DNA of 32,000 nt. Origin: Longivirga aurantiaca (GTDB lineage Bacteria; Actinomycetota; Actinomycetes; S36-B12; CAIYMF01). Shown here one piece after another: positions 30,001-32,000 of this stretch. The stretch lies in contig NZ_JBHSTI010000008.1 in the NCBI RefSeq assembly GCF_042660085.1, positions 1,629,876 through 1,661,875 of the forward strand. The letters are read 5' to 3'. Within the stretch, counting starts at the first letter, position 1. Every line of letters starts with the position of its first letter. Made by a program: the position numbers and the translations under genes. The notes beneath the pieces were generated by a model. It was not told the origin of the DNA. It searched no databases and saw only the letters and a program-made list of their open reading frames with translations.

Positions 30001-30039
30001 CAGGCCGAACCCTCGACCTCAGGTCAAGGGTTCGGCCTG
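30001..30039. promoter_or_regulatory. 39-bp palindrome containing candidate operator copy B (30008..30032)
   Basis: caggccgaaccctcgacctcaggtcaagggttcggcctg: 18 of 19 arm positions complementary around a central base. The inner 25-mer AACCCTCGACCTCAGGTCAAGGGTT resembles 28065..28089. Confidence 0.65.
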
Positions 30040-30064
30040 GACGGTGCTGAGCGGACGGCTCCGG

Positions 30065-30454
30065 TCAGGAGCCGGTGAGGGCGACGTACCCGGCGGCGTC
30101 GAGCAGGTCGTCGAGCGAGGTCCCCTCGGCGACCCGGACCTCGGCGAGCCATCCGGCGCCGTAGGGGTCGGAGTTGATGGTCTCGGGGCTGGTCTCGACG
30201 GCGTCGTTGCATGCCACGACGGTGCCCGAGACCGGTGCGTAGATGTCCGAGACGCTCTTGGTCGACTCGACCTCGCCGCACGGCTCCCCCGCGCTGACGT
30301 CGGCGCCGACGGTGGGCAACGTGACGAAGACGATGTCGCCGAGCGCGTCCTGCGCGTGGTCGGTGATGCCGAAGCGCACGGTGCCGTCCGCGGTCAGGTC
30401 GACCCACTCGTGCTCGCGGGTGTAGCGCAGGTTCTCGGGGGTCTGGCCGGCCAT
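30065..30454 (-). CDS. gcvH: Glycine cleavage system H protein
   Basis: LRYTREHEWVDLTADGTVRFGITDHAQDALGDIVFVTLPTVGADVSAGEPCGEVESTKSVSDIYAPVSG: lipoyl-lysine motif ESTKSVSD. Confidence 0.96.
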   Translation of the reverse strand: MAGQTPENLRYTREHEWVDLTADGTVRFGITDHAQDALGDIVFVTLPTVGADVSAGEPCGEVESTKSVSDIYAPVSGTVVACNDAVETSPETINSDPYGAGWLAEVRVAEGTSLDDLLDAAGYVALTGS

Positions 30455-30476
30455 GCGGGGGGCTCCTTCGGTGAGG

Positions 30477-31250
30477 TCACGAGCCGCTGGGGCTCGGTGC
30501 GGGGCGAGCGTATTGCGGGGTCGAGACGGGCTGCAACGCGCGGACCACGACCTCGGTCTCCTGGACCACGTCGATGCTGCCGCCGGCGGTGCGCACGGTG
30601 TCGGCCACACCACCCGGGATCTCGAGCGCCGTGGCGAGGGTCGCGGCGTCACCGATCACCTGCAGCCGGTACGGCGAGGTCAGCACCGTGCCGGACACGG
30701 ACACCCCGGACGGGTCGTCCTCGAACCAGGTCGAGGCCACCACGCGGACGTCGCCGATCTGGATCGCCTCGGCGCCCGCGTCGCGCAGCTCCTGCACGGC
30801 GTCGAGCAGGACCGCCGAGGTGATCGCCCCCCCGCCGTCCTGCAACGTCACCCGGATGCCCGTGCCGACCGCGGGCACCGTGCCCGCCAGGATCGCGAGG
30901 GCGTCCGCCCGCGCCCGCGAGGCAGCGAGGCGCTGCTCCTCGCTGCCCGACAGCAGCCGGTCGCGGGCGGCCTCGAGGGCTCGCTGCTCGGCCTGCAGCC
31001 GGATCTGCCGCTCGGTGAGGTCGTCGAGCACGCGGACGACCTCGTCCTCGCGAGCCGTGGCCAGCAGACCGGTCTGGGCGGAGGCCTGGGTGGCCGCGAC
31101 GCCGGCGAAGCCGAGACCGACGAACAGGAGGCCGATGACGAGCTGCTGCACCGTCGCACGCGGGGCCAGCGCGGTGCGCAGCCGTGCGCGGGCGGTCTGC
31201 TCCTCCCGGCCTTCGGCGTCGGTCGCGGGCGGGGTGCTCTCGTCGCTCAT
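30477..31250 (-). CDS. DUF881 domain membrane-anchored protein
   Basis: QLVIGLLFVGLGFAGVAATQ TM segment; ALAILAGTVPAVGTGIRVTLQDGGGAITSAVLLDAVQELRDAGAEAIQIGDVRVVASTWF: DUF881 pattern. Confidence 0.88.
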   Translation of the reverse strand: MSDESTPPATDAEGREEQTARARLRTALAPRATVQQLVIGLLFVGLGFAGVAATQASAQTGLLATAREDEVVRVLDDLTERQIRLQAEQRALEAARDRLLSGSEEQRLAASRARADALAILAGTVPAVGTGIRVTLQDGGGAITSAVLLDAVQELRDAGAEAIQIGDVRVVASTWFEDDPSGVSVSGTVLTSPYRLQVIGDAATLATALEIPGGVADTVRTAGGSIDVVQETEVVVRALQPVSTPQYARPAPSPSGS

Positions 31251-31256
31251 CCGGTG

Positions 31257-31589
31257 TCAGGCCTTCAGCAGACGGCGGCGGATGGCGGCAACGTTGGCGA
31301 AGATGCGCATCGCCAGGACGACCACGACTCCCGTCGAGATCTGCGCACCGACGCCGAGCTGGTCGCCGAGGAAGACCAGGAGCGCCGCCACCACGACGTT
31401 CGACAGGAACGAGATCACGAACACCCGGTCGTCGAACACGCCGTCGAGGAGGGCGCGCGCGGCGCCGAAGACGGCGTCGAGCGCCGCGACGACGGCGATG
31501 GGCAGGTACGGCTGCATCCAGAGCGGCACGTCCGGCTGGAGGATCACGCCGAGGATGATGCCGACGAGCAGACCGACTGCGGCGATCAC
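31257..31589 (-). CDS. Small basic family membrane protein (DUF1290)
   Basis: VIAAVGLLVGIILGVILQPDVPLWMQPYLPIAVVAALDAVFGAARALLDGVFDDRVFVISFLSNVVVAALLVFLGDQLGVG...STGVVVVLAMRIFANVAAIRR. GTG start at 31589. Confidence 0.93.
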   Translation of the reverse strand: MIAAVGLLVGIILGVILQPDVPLWMQPYLPIAVVAALDAVFGAARALLDGVFDDRVFVISFLSNVVVAALLVFLGDQLGVGAQISTGVVVVLAMRIFANVAAIRRRLLKA

Positions 31590-32000
31590 GATCCTGCCTC
31601 CTTGCTCGTGCCGGCGTCCGGGTCGGCCCCGGCGCTCGCCGACGACCCTGCCACGGTATCCGCGCCGAGGCTCGGCACCCGCGCACGCACCGGGAGCAGC
31701 GCCGTCGAGGCGGGCAGGGTCAGGGACGTCGCCTGCTCGAACGAGAGCTTGACCCCGAACTGCTGCACGACGTCGTCGAGCTCGTTCCCCGACGTGGTCC
31801 GCGGGAACGCGACGGCGAGCGCGGCGCCGTCCCCGATCGCCTCGACCCGGTACGGCGGCAGCAGCGGGCGGAAGTCGACCAGGATCGCCGCGCCGGCCGA
31901 GCGGATGGCGGTGGTCGAGGTGAGCCTCACCCCGTTGACGGCGATCGCCTCGGCGCCCGAGGCCCACAGCGCGTTCACGGCGTTCTGCACGTCCGTGTCG
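31586..32000 (-). CDS. DUF881 domain protein (partial, runs off right edge)
   Basis: MQNAVNALWASGAEAIAVNGVRLTSTTAIRSAGAAILVDFRPLLPPYRVEAIGDGAALAVAF...: C-terminal DUF881 pattern. The Met at 31990 is internal; the gene continues beyond the window. Confidence 0.87.
   Translation of the reverse strand, partial: DTDVQNAVNALWASGAEAIAVNGVRLTSTTAIRSAGAAILVDFRPLLPPYRVEAIGDGAALAVAFPRTTSGNELDDVVQQFGVKLSFEQATSLTLPASTALLPVRARVPSLGADTVAGSSASAGADPDAGTSKEAGS

Overview
Window from a high-GC actinobacterial chromosome; gene content and order suggest the Cellulomonadaceae or a related family, which is an inference. It is densely packed. I support about 30 protein genes, one tRNA-Leu(GAG), a tandem glycine riboswitch upstream of gcvP, and several strong hairpins. 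I see no rRNA, CRISPR array, transposase, integrase or obvious prophage. The right end (27.3-32 kb, minus strand) matches the conserved actinobacterial block DUF881 / small basic protein / DUF881 / gcvH / FHA (GarA-like) / MerR (FtsR-like) / bifunctional nuclease / MerR / gcvP. The best candidates for something under-described are: (1) an 8.5-12.7 kb minus-strand locus with a fused glycosyltransferase-polysaccharide pyruvyltransferase-like protein, a six-TM ABC-exporter-like membrane protein without an ATPase domain, a GT2 glycosyltransferase and a secreted SGNH-like protein; (2) a RecD-like helicase relative that appears to lack its P-loop (4.4-5.4 kb); (3) a pair of 49-bp inverted repeats (40/49 identical) bracketing a DUF5703 gene; (4) two 25-bp AACCCT...AGGGTT palindromes upstream of the FHA-MerR pair and upstream of the second MerR gene, each close to a plausible promoter. 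The rest looks like ordinary chromosomal content. All calls come from reading the sequence and translations; no database search was run.
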